A stretch of 64,000 nt of DNA from Gammaproteobacteria bacterium (GTDB lineage Bacteria; Pseudomonadota; Gammaproteobacteria; Ga0077536): assembly GCA_963662545.2 (NCBI GenBank), contig CAXXLL010000002.1:1-64000 (forward strand), written 5' to 3'. The notes under the pieces are model-generated. The model did not search any database and had not been told where the DNA came from. It saw only the letters and a program-made list of their open reading frames with translations. The translations under genes and the position numbers were made by a program. Shown here one piece after another: positions 38,837-49,704 of this stretch. Positions within the stretch are counted from its first letter, which is position 1; every line of letters begins with the position of its first letter.

Positions 38837-40407
38837 TCAGTCGCTCCACGATTTCGGTTTGGCGCCCCACCAGGTGCCTTGATGATCGTTAAACAGCCCT
38901 GTGTAATGGGTCTCGATGAATTCGAGTACCCCACCGCCCCGCAGCTTCATCATGTCGAGGTTTCGTTTGTCAACGTAAATGTAAGGCGCACGTGCCGCTT
39001 CGAGTTGCTCAGGCAATTTGAACCATTGCGACTGTAGAAAATAGCCCCAGGGCCAGCCGATGATCGATAAGGCCGATTCGCGGCCGGACAAATAGTAATA
39101 GAGTGGGTCGCCGAAGACGTAGATCTTGCCGGGACGCGCTCCTTCATCGACCAGGAACCGGGTGCTCCGGAATATACGCGGTAAAACGTGCTGATCCCCT
39201 GGTGAAAATCCTGCACCGTGCCTGGCTTTTTGACGAAGACTTCTATATACGCATTGGCTTTCTGTCCGGCGGGAACGGCCAGTGCGGCGATGCCGGGAAA
39301 AACGATCATCGCCGAGACGAGGTACGCACTCCAGGCTCGTTCGCGCTTCACGTTCATGATGAAATCGCACGCGACGTCCGCACCACGGATGCCGAGTATG
39401 CCGGCCGGCGTGAACAGGATCAGGAAGTGATAAGGCCACCAAGAAAACCGTTGAATATAGATGATCACGATGCCGACGAGGAACCAGGCGACGAGCACGC
39501 TGGTCAAGGGATCGCGCTCGTGCCGCCACCAGTGTGCCACGGCGAACGCAATGAACAGGGCCCAAGGTGCGAAATAGGTGCCGATGAAGATGAGTGATTC
39601 GCCGAGTCTGTAGTAAGGCGCGGGCGTAGACATGGCCAGCGCCTGCGGCGGGTATACGAAGGCGGTCCAGTAGAGCTCAAAGAGCGCGCCGTCGAGCCAG
39701 AATTTGAGCACCACTGCACCGAGCACGGCGCCGACCCCGACGCTCACCGGCAGCCAGACCCGCGCGGCAATGCTAAACCACTCGAGGCGCTTCGAAGCGC
39801 GGAGATGCACGGTTACAACCAGCCAGAAAGCGACGAAAAGCAGGGCGAACACGAGCTTGAATACGACCGCGATGCCTGCGCACAATCCCGATGCCGTAAA
39901 GGCCAGAATGAATCTGCCTGCCGATTTCGGAAACCGCGTCGCGAACCACGCGGACAGGAACATCGGTAATGCGACCAGAATTTCGAGCTGCGTGAGCTGC
40001 TGGGTTTCGACGCTGACGTAATAAAGGCCCACGACCGTCAGCGGCGGCAGCGCCGACAGCCAGGGATAAGTGAAATAGGTGCGCAGGCTTAAGGCCAGGA
40101 TCACGGAGAACACCGTCATCCAAATCATGTCGAGAAGGTGGATTCCGAATTCCGTATAGCCGAACGATTCGCCCGCGAGGAGGTAAAACCAGTAGAGCCC
40201 CGGCATTTTGTTGTCCCAGAAGTCGACGTAGAGCGTGCCGCCCTGGGCAAGGGTTTTCGCGCCCATCATGGTTGCGATCTGATCGCTGACGAAGGGGAGT
40301 TGCAGGTTGAGCGCGCCGAATGCAAGCACCAGCACGAGCGCAATGGCGTACCAGGCCCATTCGCAGAGCCTGTTTCGTCCTCCGGCGAGCTGTTGGCTGG
40401 CTTTCAT
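38837..40407 (-). pseudogene. GT-C (ArnT/PMT-like) membrane glycosyltransferase with a frameshift
   Basis: DQ..LYVDFWDNKMPG and many TM helices; frame switches near 39180 to IFRSTRFL..IYVFGDPLYYYLSGR. Could be a sequencing error. Confidence 0.75.
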
Positions 40408-40515
40408 CGAGTCTCCAAATTAGATGAAATGGCAGAGCGACGATCGGGTTTTATTAAGCCTCGGTTGCGTGAAGTTTGCAGTCCGAAAGCTTGGACGGAG
40501 TTTAAACCATGATGT

Positions 40516-41939
40516 GAAAAAGGGGACATTCTTCTTTTCCAACGTGCGAAACTTTTTCGCACGTTGGAAAAGAAGAATGTCCCTGAGGGATCCCCACAAA
40601 TTCGACTAGCAAAATTCAAGTTGCACAATGGCGCGTGCCTGTAGATCCCGGAGCGCCTGTAATAAAGTTGAGCGCCGGATTTGAAGTTGCTTGGCAATGA
40701 GGCGAGCACCAACGAATACCACGGATAGGACGGGCTTACGTCTTTCGGTATTGGCCTGTAAACCTTTCACTAAACCTGTTTGGTAACCGACCAAGCCGAC
40801 CAACCATTGGGCCAGTGTGGCCAATGCGCACAGCAAGAGTAAGTTCGCCACTCTCTCGGGATCACGTCCCATGTTTTCTCTAAGTGCAAAGCCGTAACGG
40901 GGCGACTTCATGTCGCGGAAGCTCTCTTCAATCTGCATGCGGCGACGATACACGGCAACTACCCGATGCGCACTACGAAGGTTGTCCGGCAGATTGCTGG
41001 CCAATAACCACGGCTCACGCGCCGCTGCCGACGGTTTCTCGGTATTGCGAGCCCGCGCCGGTTTGCCGTAAGCCGTATAGCAGACACGCCCGCGTTTCTT
41101 ACCTTTGTAAACGAATAAATGGGTGTCCAGCGGATTACTTTTCGTGATCAAAAAACGACCCAGTGACTTCGGACGAGCATTGGCTTGGCCGTAGAGCACT
41201 TTGTTCGAATGCCATGCCGCCTCATCCATACCTCGCACGAGGTGACGATGACGGATGCGACCCACGTAATACCATCCCATTGAGGCCACAAGACTCAACC
41301 AGGGCGTCCGAAATCCTGCATCACTGACCAAGATCGGACAACAGCCCGCAGGCAGAATGGCCTTCAGTCGCTTCAGAAAGCGTTTCTCCGCTTTGACACT
41401 CGCGTAATGGTGTTCGACTTCTTCATACACGGGGATGGCTCGACCACCGACCGCTAAGGCCGCCCGCAATACATAGAGCTCTTGACGTTGATCCAGATTA
41501 GACCAATCCACCAACACCACCGGATGCGCACAGTCCGATACCAATAACCGAGCTATCCATTGATACCACTGCAAACGCTCACCACCGAGCTGACGATTAC
41601 CCAGCAAGCGATCGACGCGCTTAATCGCGTGTTTCTCGCTCGTGCCACTGTCTATGCTCCGACCGATATGCGTCAGCCACAAACGTCGGCCCCGAAGTAA
41701 ACCGCCGACCGCCGCCCAAACCGAGAGTCGACGACCCAAATGCACACCGTATAGCGCTTCGCTGCTCATTTCATGTAACAATTTCAATACCTGCATGGCT
41801 CACCTCGTCGTTCACAGATTGTCTTGCAACAACTGAGATCAACTCGAGCCATGCAGGTTCCACGAACCCACAAATCAATCTATCGCTTTGTATTTCGTTG
41901 GGGTTTTATGGGGATTCCTCAGAGAATGTCCCCTTTTTC
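40516..41939. repeat. 75-nt REP-like hairpin (36-bp perfect stem) split by IS4
   Basis: GAAAAAGGGGACATTCTTCTTTTCCAACGTGCGAAA-CTT-reverse complement; the right arm is completed after the IS at 41932-41939. Confidence 0.85.
40583..41922 (-). mobile_element. IS4-family (IS10-like) element (1340 bp)
   Basis: IRs CTGAGGGATCCCCACAAA / CTGAGGAATCCCCATAAA; 9-bp duplication AGAATGTCC; transposase 40606-41796 with YRRRMQIEESFRDMK. Confidence 0.95.
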
Positions 41940-41954
41940 GCGCTTAGCAGGTTG

Positions 41955-43568
41955 TTAAAGCAGGATGTGGCGGATATCGCCCAGAACCGTTGTCAGGTAA
42001 CGCGCGAACTGCGCCGCCGCGACACCGTCGATGGCGCGATGATCGTATGACAGGGTGAAAGGCAGTATCAACCTCGGGACGAAACCGCCGTCCCGGTAGA
42101 CCGGTTTCATGACCGCGGGTGAGACGCCGAGGATCGCCACTTCGGGCGTGTTGATGATGGGGGTGAAGCTCGTGCCGCCGACGCCGCCCAGGCTCGAGAT
42201 CGTGAAGCACGCGCCCTGCATTTCAGCTGGGGTAATCTTGCGCGCGCGTGCTTTCTGGCCCAGCTCACGAACCTCACGGGCGAGCTCGTAGAGTCCCTTT
42301 TTATCGGCATCCCGGATCACCGGCACGACCAGCCCGTTGTCCGTGTTCACCGCCATGCCGACGTGGAAGTACTTTTTGTGAATGATTGATTCACCGTCGG
42401 GCGACAACGATGCGTTGAAATCCGGAAATTTCTTCAGACCGACGACGACGGCCTTGACCAGGAATGCGAGCAGCGTCAATTTCGCGCCCTTTTGCTCCGC
42501 TTCGTTGGCCTTGGATTTCCGGAAAGCTTCGAGCTCGGTGACGTCCGCTTCGTCCATCTGAAACACATGGGGCACGGTGATCCAGCTCCGGTGCAGGTTG
42601 CGCCCGGTGAGTTTTTTGATCTTGGTGAGCGGCGTGACTTCGATTTCGCCGAACTTGGTGAAATCAATCTCGGGCGGCGCCGGCAGACCGAAACCACCGC
42701 TTGGGGCGTGACCCCGCGTGCCGCGCATGACTTCCTTAACGTGCGCCTGGACGTCGGGCTTGAGGATACGCCCCTTGTTCCCGGAGCCCCAGACCAGCGA
42801 GATGTCGACGCCGAGCTCGCGCGCGAACTTGCGTACTGAAGGGCTGGCATGGGCCTTGGTGCTTGCGGCCTTCGTTGGCGGCTTATTCGATTTCGACGTT
42901 GGCGGCGGCGGTTTGGGTATAGAAGCCGGCACCGCTGGCCCGAGTGTCGGGGCGGTTGGCTCGGTCACTGCCGCCCTGAGCTTGAGCGCTACGATCAAAT
43001 CGCCTTCGGAAACCTTGTCGCCGACCTTCACCGTGATGTCCTCGACGGTGCCCGCCACCGGCGACGGGATGTCCATCGTGGCCTTGTCGCTTTCGAGGGT
43101 TATTAGCGGGTCTTCTACGTCGACCGCATCCCCGGGCGCGACGATGACGTCAATAACGTCGACGTCATCGAAATCACCGATATCCGGAACGCGTATTTCG
43201 AGGGTGTGCGCCGGGCCGGCGTCGCTCGCCGGCGGTGCCGCTGGAATGTCCGGCGCGGGCGTGAGATCGGGTGACGGCGGCGCGGCCTCGGGGACCGGCG
43301 CGGCCGCGGTTTCGGCGGCGCCGGTGGTTTTTAGGATCAGAATGAGCGCGCCTTCGGATACCTGGTCGCCGACCGAGACGAGAATTTCAGCGATTTCGCC
43401 GGTGCCCGGCGACGGGATGTCCATCGTCGCCTTTTCGCTTTCGAGTGTGATCAAGGGATCTTCCAGGCCCACGATGTCGCCGGGCTTGACGATGACGTCG
43501 ATGACGTCCACATCGTCAAAATCGCCGATGTCCGGCACGCGTACCTCAAGATCCGCGTCTGTGCTCAC
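41955..43568 (-). CDS. aceF: Pyruvate dehydrogenase E2, dihydrolipoamide acetyltransferase
   Basis: Two lipoyl domains (ESEKA, ESDKA), [24 protein letters not shown]. Confidence 0.97.
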   Translation of the reverse strand: MSTDADLEVRVPDIGDFDDVDVIDVIVKPGDIVGLEDPLITLESEKATMDIPSPGTGEIAEILVSVGDQVSEGALILILKTTGAAETAAAPVPEAAPPSPDLTPAPDIPAAPPASDAGPAHTLEIRVPDIGDFDDVDVIDVIVAPGDAVDVEDPLITLESDKATMDIPSPVAGTVEDITVKVGDKVSEGDLIVALKLRAAVTEPTAPTLGPAVPASIPKPPPPTSKSNKPPTKAASTKAHASPSVRKFARELGVDISLVWGSGNKGRILKPDVQAHVKEVMRGTRGHAPSGGFGLPAPPEIDFTKFGEIEVTPLTKIKKLTGRNLHRSWITVPHVFQMDEADVTELEAFRKSKANEAEQKGAKLTLLAFLVKAVVVGLKKFPDFNASLSPDGESIIHKKYFHVGMAVNTDNGLVVPVIRDADKKGLYELAREVRELGQKARARKITPAEMQGACFTISSLGGVGGTSFTPIINTPEVAILGVSPAVMKPVYRDGGFVPRLILPFTLSYDHRAIDGVAAAQFARYLTTVLGDIRHILL

Positions 43569-43588
43569 GTTCGATTAGCCGATCCGTT

Positions 43589-46237
43589 TCATAGTTTCAT
43601 CGGGTTGGGCTTTTCCGGATCGATGCCGTAGCGTTCGATGGCTTCGGCGACTTTACCCGGATCGATTTCACCGTCGTCGGCCAGGGCCTTCAGCGCGGCG
43701 ACAACCACGTAGTGTCGGTTGACTTCGAAGAATTCGCGCAGCTTGGCGCGCGAATCGGAGCGCCCGAAACCGTCGGTACCCAGCACCTTGTAACGCCGCG
43801 GTACGTACGCTCTAATCTGCCCGGCGTAGGCCCGGACGTAGTCGGTCGCGGCGATGCAGGGCCCCTTGTACGGCCCGAGCTTGCAGGTGAGAAAACTGAC
43901 GCGCGGTTCTGCCGTCGGGTGAAGCATGTTCCAGCGCGAAGACTCGAGGCCGTCGCGGCGCAGTTCATTGAAGCTCGTTACGCTCCACACGTTGGTATCG
44001 ATGTCGAAGTCCTTTTTCAGCAGGTCGGCACCGGCGATCACTTCGCGCAGAATGGTGCCGCTGCCCATGAGCTGCACCGTCGCACCCTCGGTTTCCCGGA
44101 ACAGATACATGCCCTTCACGATGTCGTCTGCGACACCGTCGGGCAGTGGCGGATGGGTGTAGTTCTCATTCATGACCGTGATGTAGTAGAAAACGTTTTC
44201 CTGGCGCTCGAACATGCGCTTCATCCCGTGATGGATGATCACCGCCAGTTCGTAGCCGAAGGTCGGGTCGTAACTCACGCAATTAGGTATGGTGGAGGCG
44301 ATCATGTGGCTGTGACCGTCCTGGTGTTGCAAGCCTTCGCCGGCAAGTGTCGTGCGTCCCGCAGTGCCGCCGAGCAGGAAGCCACGGGCTTGCATGTCAC
44401 CCGCGGCCCACGCCAGATCACCCACCCGCTGAAATCCGAACATCGAATAAAAAATATAAAACGGGATCATCTGCAGGTCATGGCTGGAATAAGCCGTCGC
44501 CGCCGCGTTCCACGAACACATGGCACCGGCTTCGTTAATCCCTTCCTCCAGGATTTGTCCGCGGATATCCTCGCGGTAATACATCACCTGGTCATGGTCG
44601 ACCGGCTCGTAAAGCTGGCCGGTGGAGGAATAGATGCCGAGCTGGCGGAACATGCCCTCCATACCAAAGGTGCGCGCCTCGTCAGGTACGATCGGCACCA
44701 CGAGCTGCCCGATTTCCTTGTCGCGCACGAGCACGTTCAAAAGGCGCACAAAAGCCATCGTGGTCGAAATCTCGCGCTCGCCCGTGCCCTCCAAGACGTT
44801 CTTGAATACGCCGATGTCCGGTATCTTGAGCGCCGCTGATTCGGTTCGCCGCTGCGGAAGAAAGCCGCCCATGGCCGCAGTGCGATCGCGCAGGTATTGC
44901 ATTTCGGGACTGTCCTCAGGCGGCTTGTAGAAGGGTGCGTCGGCGATCTCGGCGTCCGATATGGGAATATTGAAACGGTCGCGGAAATGCTTGAGCGACT
45001 CCTCGCCCATCTTCTTCTGCTGGTGGGTGATGTTTTTGCCTTCGCCTGCTTCACCCATACCGTAACCCTTGACCGTCTTGCAGAGAATAACGGTGGGCTG
45101 CCCCGTGTGTTTGACAGCTGCCGCATAGGCCGCATACACCTTGTGCGGGTCGTGCCCGCCGCGGTTCAGCCGCCAGATATCGTCATCGCTCATGTTGGCG
45201 ACCATGGCCTTTAGTTCGGGATACTTGCCGAAGAACTCGGCTCGGACGAACGCGCCGTTGAAGGCCTTGTACGCCTGGTACTCGCCGTCGACCGCTTCCT
45301 CCATGCGTTGCAGCAGCAGGCCTTTGGTGTCGCGGGCAAGCAGGGCATCCCAGCCCGAACCCCAGACCACCTTGATGACGTTCCAGCCGCCACCGCGGAA
45401 ATCGGATTCCAGTTCCTGGATGATCTTGCCGTTGCCGCGCACCGGGCCGTCGAGCCGCTGCAGGTTGCAGTTGATGACGAAGATCAGATTGTCGAGCTTC
45501 TCGCGTGATGCGAGCCCGGCCGCGCCGAAGGCCTCGGGTTCGTCCATCTCGCCGTCACCCATAAAGGCCCAAACCTTGCGCCCCTGTGCTTTGATAAGGC
45601 CGCGGTTTTCGAGATAGCGCATGAAGCGCGCCTGATAGATCGCCATGATCGGACCGAGCCCCATGGAGACCGTTGGGAACTGCCAGAATCCTGGCATCAG
45701 CCACGGATGGGGATACGAGGACAGGCCCTTGCCGTCGACCTCCTGTCGGAAGTTGTCGAGCTGCTCCTCGTTCAACAGACCGAGCAAGAAGGCACGCGCG
45801 TAGATGCCCGGCGCGGAATGCCCCTGAAAGAAAATCAGATCGCCACCGTGATCTTCGCTCGGCGCATGCCAGAAATGGTTGTAGCCGATCTCATAGAGCG
45901 TCGCCGCACTGGCGTAGCTCGCGATGTGGCCGCCGAGTTCGCTGTTCTTGCGGTTGGCCTTGACCACCATGGCCATGGCGTTCCAGCGGTTGATGGATCT
46001 GATGCGCCACTCGAGAGCCGGATCGCCGGGCGTATATTCCTCCTTGTGAGTCGGGATGGTGTTGATGTAGGCCGTGTTCGCCGAATAGGGCAGGTTGACG
46101 CCCGAACGCCGCGCCTTGTCGATCAACTTTTCGAGCAGGTAGTGGCTGCGTTCGACGCCTTCGATATCGATCACGGCATCGAGCGCATCCAACCATTCCT
46201 GGGTTTCTTGTAAATCGTCGTCAGGTAGCGCGGCCAT
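43589..46237 (-). CDS. aceE: Pyruvate dehydrogenase E1, homodimeric type
   Basis: GGHIAS, LSSYPHPWLMP, GDGEMDEPE, GEGLQHQDG, LGTDGFGRSD. Confidence 0.98.
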   Translation of the reverse strand: MAALPDDDLQETQEWLDALDAVIDIEGVERSHYLLEKLIDKARRSGVNLPYSANTAYINTIPTHKEEYTPGDPALEWRIRSINRWNAMAMVVKANRKNSELGGHIASYASAATLYEIGYNHFWHAPSEDHGGDLIFFQGHSAPGIYARAFLLGLLNEEQLDNFRQEVDGKGLSSYPHPWLMPGFWQFPTVSMGLGPIMAIYQARFMRYLENRGLIKAQGRKVWAFMGDGEMDEPEAFGAAGLASREKLDNLIFVINCNLQRLDGPVRGNGKIIQELESDFRGGGWNVIKVVWGSGWDALLARDTKGLLLQRMEEAVDGEYQAYKAFNGAFVRAEFFGKYPELKAMVANMSDDDIWRLNRGGHDPHKVYAAYAAAVKHTGQPTVILCKTVKGYGMGEAGEGKNITHQQKKMGEESLKHFRDRFNIPISDAEIADAPFYKPPEDSPEMQYLRDRTAAMGGFLPQRRTESAALKIPDIGVFKNVLEGTGEREISTTMAFVRLLNVLVRDKEIGQLVVPIVPDEARTFGMEGMFRQLGIYSSTGQLYEPVDHDQVMYYREDIRGQILEEGINEAGAMCSWNAAATAYSSHDLQMIPFYIFYSMFGFQRVGDLAWAAGDMQARGFLLGGTAGRTTLAGEGLQHQDGHSHMIASTIPNCVSYDPTFGYELAVIIHHGMKRMFERQENVFYYITVMNENYTHPPLPDGVADDIVKGMYLFRETEGATVQLMGSGTILREVIAGADLLKKDFDIDTNVWSVTSFNELRRDGLESSRWNMLHPTAEPRVSFLTCKLGPYKGPCIAATDYVRAYAGQIRAYVPRRYKVLGTDGFGRSDSRAKLREFFEVNRHYVVVAALKALADDGEIDPGKVAEAIERYGIDPEKPNPMKL

Positions 46238-46434
46238 ATCGATCTCGGAACCCTTTTAGCTGTGGGTTCTAGTGTAATGTAACTAAGTTATAGATGGGAT
46301 CGGCGGTGCTTTTGGCGCGGTCCCGTCCCCATGGGCTTCACGACGTGCTGCGCTTTGCATGGGTGGTTGATCTACGGGAACCACGGTTAAGAGAATCCTG
46401 GTTTATTCCTGCGCTATCCTCGCACTATGTCAGC

Positions 46435-46980
46435 TCACGGGCACGATGTTTCGCGCTCGCAGCGGATCCCATTGTCGTAAAGAAACTGAATGAATTCCGA
46501 TCCCGGCACGAAGCGATCTTCAATGCCTGCGCTCTGCGACCCACGGTCTATTTCGAGCAAGTAGCATTGCAGGATCGCCCCGGATTCGGCGCAGACGAAT
46601 TCTATCGGACGGACGACTTCCGAATTCGTGTACAGACGGTAACCCTCAGCGGTCTTTTCCCATGAACGCACGAAACGCATCCTGGCGCAGTCGCAGGCGA
46701 GGTAGCGATCGGCGAATTCGATCATCTTGCCGACGGTCATGCCCGGCGTGTCGGGATTCGCCCGAGGGTTGATGAGCTTCGCCATCAGGAGATCCCGCGG
46801 GGTGGCGGTGGCGTCGTCCGGCTCGTCCTTGCCGCCGAGGCTGGGGAGCTTAGGCATCGACATTTTCGGCATAGAAACCTTCGGCATGGAGACTTTTGCG
46901 CACCCTGGGAGCACGGCGATAGCCACGGCAGCGATGACGCAATAAACCGTCGAAAAAAGCAGGGTTGGACCCGAATTCAT
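46435..46980 (-). CDS. Hypothetical lipoprotein
   Basis: Lipobox-like LPGC followed by (xSMPK)3; several Cys. Confidence 0.65.
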   Translation of the reverse strand: MNSGPTLLFSTVYCVIAAVAIAVLPGCAKVSMPKVSMPKMSMPKLPSLGGKDEPDDATATPRDLLMAKLINPRANPDTPGMTVGKMIEFADRYLACDCARMRFVRSWEKTAEGYRLYTNSEVVRPIEFVCAESGAILQCYLLEIDRGSQSAGIEDRFVPGSEFIQFLYDNGIRCERETSCP

Positions 46981-46986
46981 GGTCGA

Positions 46987-47865
46987 TTAGTCCTTCCCCA
47001 TGGTGGTCAGAAACTTTTGGCGTTCCCTTTCGAGGCTAATGCGCGCGATGATGAGGTCGAGGATCGTGTGCACGCGTTTTTCGAGCCGGTGGCCCGCACG
47101 GAAATCGGCGGGCGCATAGAAGTCGATGCGATTTGCGTCGACCAGGTTCCTACACACGGTGATTGACGCCCGATTTCTCGGTTTGTGTACGGCGACGGCG
47201 AAACCGCCATAATTCTTGACTACCGTCATACAGGGCACGTCCGTGAGGCCGTCGCCGAGGTACAACATGTGCTGAAACGGTATCGGGCGTTCACCCTCGG
47301 GCATGTATTCGTTGATGGTCTCCTGAGCGTCTTCGCGGCCCTTGTTGATCCGAAAAAGGTACTGGGTCTTGCCGGTATCATTGATGACGATGGTGGGGAA
47401 GCGCGCCGCTTCGTGATGATCAAAATAGTATTGCGACGCGTAGATGCGGGCGAAGTGATGCTTGATGCTGACGCCTTCGAGAATCTCGCTCAATCCTGCC
47501 GAAATGATGTAATGCCGGACCTGAACGTGACCGCCCGATTTATCACGGACGTAACTATTCAGCCGATCGAACCAGCTTTCGACGCCCGGGTAATACTTGA
47601 TGCCCGCCGCGAGTTCGCGTAGCGCATCGCGACTCAGGTGCGCCTTGTTTTGCTCGATTTTTTCAACCAGGAGGCGCATATACGTCAGGATGCTGTCGCC
47701 GCCCGTGCGCGCGACTTCCGCGTTGACTTCCTTCCAGAAGGCCTTGCCCGTAATGCCAAGCTCGGGCAGGACGGTGTATTCCTGCATCGGCTGCGGCGTC
47801 AGTGTCCCGTCGAAATCGTAGACGACTGCAAGCGTGTTGCGGGGGTTGTGCTGTTTGCGCGCCAT
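46987..47865 (-). CDS. HAD-family hydrolase
   Basis: YDFDGTL, IISAG, K of GKTQYLFRINKG, YLGDGLTDVP. Confidence 0.88.
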   Translation of the reverse strand: MARKQHNPRNTLAVVYDFDGTLTPQPMQEYTVLPELGITGKAFWKEVNAEVARTGGDSILTYMRLLVEKIEQNKAHLSRDALRELAAGIKYYPGVESWFDRLNSYVRDKSGGHVQVRHYIISAGLSEILEGVSIKHHFARIYASQYYFDHHEAARFPTIVINDTGKTQYLFRINKGREDAQETINEYMPEGERPIPFQHMLYLGDGLTDVPCMTVVKNYGGFAVAVHKPRNRASITVCRNLVDANRIDFYAPADFRAGHRLEKRVHTILDLIIARISLERERQKFLTTMGKD

Positions 47866-47889
47866 GATGAGTAATTCGTATCCGATAAT

Positions 47890-47913
47890 TTCCTAAGTCC
47901 GACAGGCTGCTAG
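47890..47913 (-). repeat. Dispersed short repeat (MITE-end-like), copy 1
   Basis: CTAGCAGCCTGTCGGACTTAGGAA on the minus strand; 23 bp identical to 62055-62077. Confidence 0.75.
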
Positions 47914-48420
47914 ATAGTAGGTCAGCACCTCTTCACTGAAACATGCGAAGACGATGGATTCCAATGTTTCCGACGCCGTTACTCCCTTGACGACTTCTTC
48001 CACGGCGATCGCCGTCGCGGCTTCCAGCGGGTAACCGTAGACGCCGCAACTGATCGCCGGAAACGCAATCGAGCGCATACCGCGTTCGTCGGCGATCGCG
48101 AAACAGTGGCGATAACAGCTGGCCAGCAGCGCCGGTTCCCCCTGGGTTCCGCCGTGCCAGACCGGACCGACCGTGTGAATAACGTGACCGGCGCGCAAAC
48201 GATAGCCGCGGGTCAATTTCGCCTTGCCGGTTTGGCAGCCGCCGAGTCTGCGGCATTCTTGCAGCAACTCAGGGCCGGCCGCACGGTGGATGGCGCCGTC
48301 CACGCCGCCGCCGCCAAGCAGGGTTTCATTTGCCGCGTTTACGATGGCGTCGACGTCGAGCGTCGTGATATCGATCCGGCGCGGGTCAATGATCGCGCGC
48401 ACTGATCGCATAGTGGCCAT
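47893..48420 (-). CDS. Macro-domain O-acetyl-ADP-ribose deacetylase (YmdB-like)
   Basis: [38 protein letters not shown]. Confidence 0.94.
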   Translation of the reverse strand: MATMRSVRAIIDPRRIDITTLDVDAIVNAANETLLGGGGVDGAIHRAAGPELLQECRRLGGCQTGKAKLTRGYRLRAGHVIHTVGPVWHGGTQGEPALLASCYRHCFAIADERGMRSIAFPAISCGVYGYPLEAATAIAVEEVVKGVTASETLESIVFACFSEEVLTYYLAACRT

Positions 48421-48445
48421 CGCGGCTACCCCTGGCCCCCCGTTT

Positions 48446-49126
48446 TCAGTGAATACCGAGGAGGGTCACAACCACGCGCGCAGCACGCGTCGTCGTCGGC
48501 AGGACGTAATCCGCCAGCGCGGTGACTTCAGGCGAGGGTTGATGCAGGTCAGGTACCATGATGGTCAGCATATGCGCACCGGATGCCGACCTTATGCCGG
48601 CTTCGGAGTCTTCCAGCGCGACGCATCGCGTCGGATGAATGCCGATCGCCGCGGCCGCGTGCAGGAATATTTCCGGCGCCGGTTTGCCCTTGTCAACCTC
48701 GTTCCCGGCGATGAGGCAGTCGATATTGGACCACAGACCGGCCATCTCGAGCGAGCGCTCAGCCTGATCGCGCTGCGTGGACGTCGCGACGGCGAACGGA
48801 ATACCACGGGCTCTCAGCGTCGTTAGCAGCGTGTTCATGCCGGGCTGTGCGGGTACGCCGTGCTGCTCGGTGTGCTCCGTCCAGATTTCGCGAAAACGAT
48901 CGCGGAATTGCCGCATCGGAAAATCGGGTCCCATGGTCTTGATCACCGAAGCTTCGACCGCGGACGGCGGCAGGCCCATCCACATGACGTAGACCTCGTC
49001 GGTCACTAAGTGTCCGAGATCGCTCGCTGCTTGCTGGGCCGCCATGCGATAAAGCGGTTCGGAATCAACGAGAATACCGTCCATGTCGAACACGACGCCT
49101 GTGTAGCGCTCGTGCACGGCGTTCAT
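48446..49126 (-). CDS. HAD-family phosphatase (subfamily IA)
   Basis: [29 protein letters not shown]; likely ATG 49126 overlapping the LOG stop. Confidence 0.92.
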   Translation of the reverse strand: MNAVHERYTGVVFDMDGILVDSEPLYRMAAQQAASDLGHLVTDEVYVMWMGLPPSAVEASVIKTMGPDFPMRQFRDRFREIWTEHTEQHGVPAQPGMNTLLTTLRARGIPFAVATSTQRDQAERSLEMAGLWSNIDCLIAGNEVDKGKPAPEIFLHAAAAIGIHPTRCVALEDSEAGIRSASGAHMLTIMVPDLHQPSPEVTALADYVLPTTTRAARVVVTLLGIH

Positions 49127-49671
49127 GGGCCACTCGATTCCATGACAGCGTCGAGCAGTGAGGAGGGGTGCGGCCGCACGATGATATGCGCCAACTCTTC
49201 CTCGCTCACAAAACCTTCTTTGGCGAGGTGAGCGAGCAGTTCGAACCAACGATCGAAAAAGCCAGCGACGTTGAGCAGGCCGATCGTCTGTCGCAGTTGC
49301 CGCAGTTGGCGCCACGCGATGACTTCGAGAATTTCGTCCAGGGTCCCGATACCGCCCGGCAGTGCCACGAATGCATCGGAGCGCTCGATCATCAGCGACT
49401 TCCGTTCGAACAGGTCGTCCACTACGAGACACTCGCTCAGACTCTCATGGGCGACTTCGCGCTCGCGCAGAAACTCCGGAATAACGCCGACCACGTAACC
49501 TCCCGCGGCAAGTGTGGCGTTTGCAACTGCGCCCATCAGCCCGACACGACCCCCGCCGTAGACGAGCGCAATGTTCCGCAGCGCCAGCTCACGACCGAAC
49601 GCCTCGGCCGCCAACAGGTAATCTTCGCGGGCACCTGTCCGTGAGCCGCAGAAAACACAAATCGAAAACAA
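49123..49671 (-). CDS. LOG-family nucleotide 5'-monophosphate phosphoribohydrolase
   Basis: CVFCGS, LVYGGG.VGLMG, LPGGIGTLDE. Confidence 0.93.
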   Translation of the reverse strand: MFSICVFCGSRTGAREDYLLAAEAFGRELALRNIALVYGGGRVGLMGAVANATLAAGGYVVGVIPEFLREREVAHESLSECLVVDDLFERKSLMIERSDAFVALPGGIGTLDEILEVIAWRQLRQLRQTIGLLNVAGFFDRWFELLAHLAKEGFVSEEELAHIIVRPHPSSLLDAVMESSGP

Positions 49672-49704
49672 AGGACTGAATACTCGCAGGTGACCCCGAT
49701 AGGC

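Noticed and set aside
41940-41960. No lpd gene after aceF
   Set aside because: aceE-aceF without adjacent lpd occurs in other proteobacteria, and the IS4 has an intact 9-bp duplication, so no deletion is implied.
43020-43560. Internal DNA repeat in aceF
   Set aside because: Explained by the two lipoyl domains.
42718-44839. Long plus-strand ORFs (286 and 375 aa)
   Set aside because: Antisense to aceF and aceE.
46268-46430. CTAGTGTAATGT...GCACTA upstream of aceE as a possible degenerate MITE
   Set aside because: The inverted repeat is too short and imperfect to support a call.
46845-46900. (xSMPK)3 repeat in the lipoprotein as a contingency locus
   Set aside because: 15-bp units are in frame and degenerate at the DNA level; looks like an ordinary tether.
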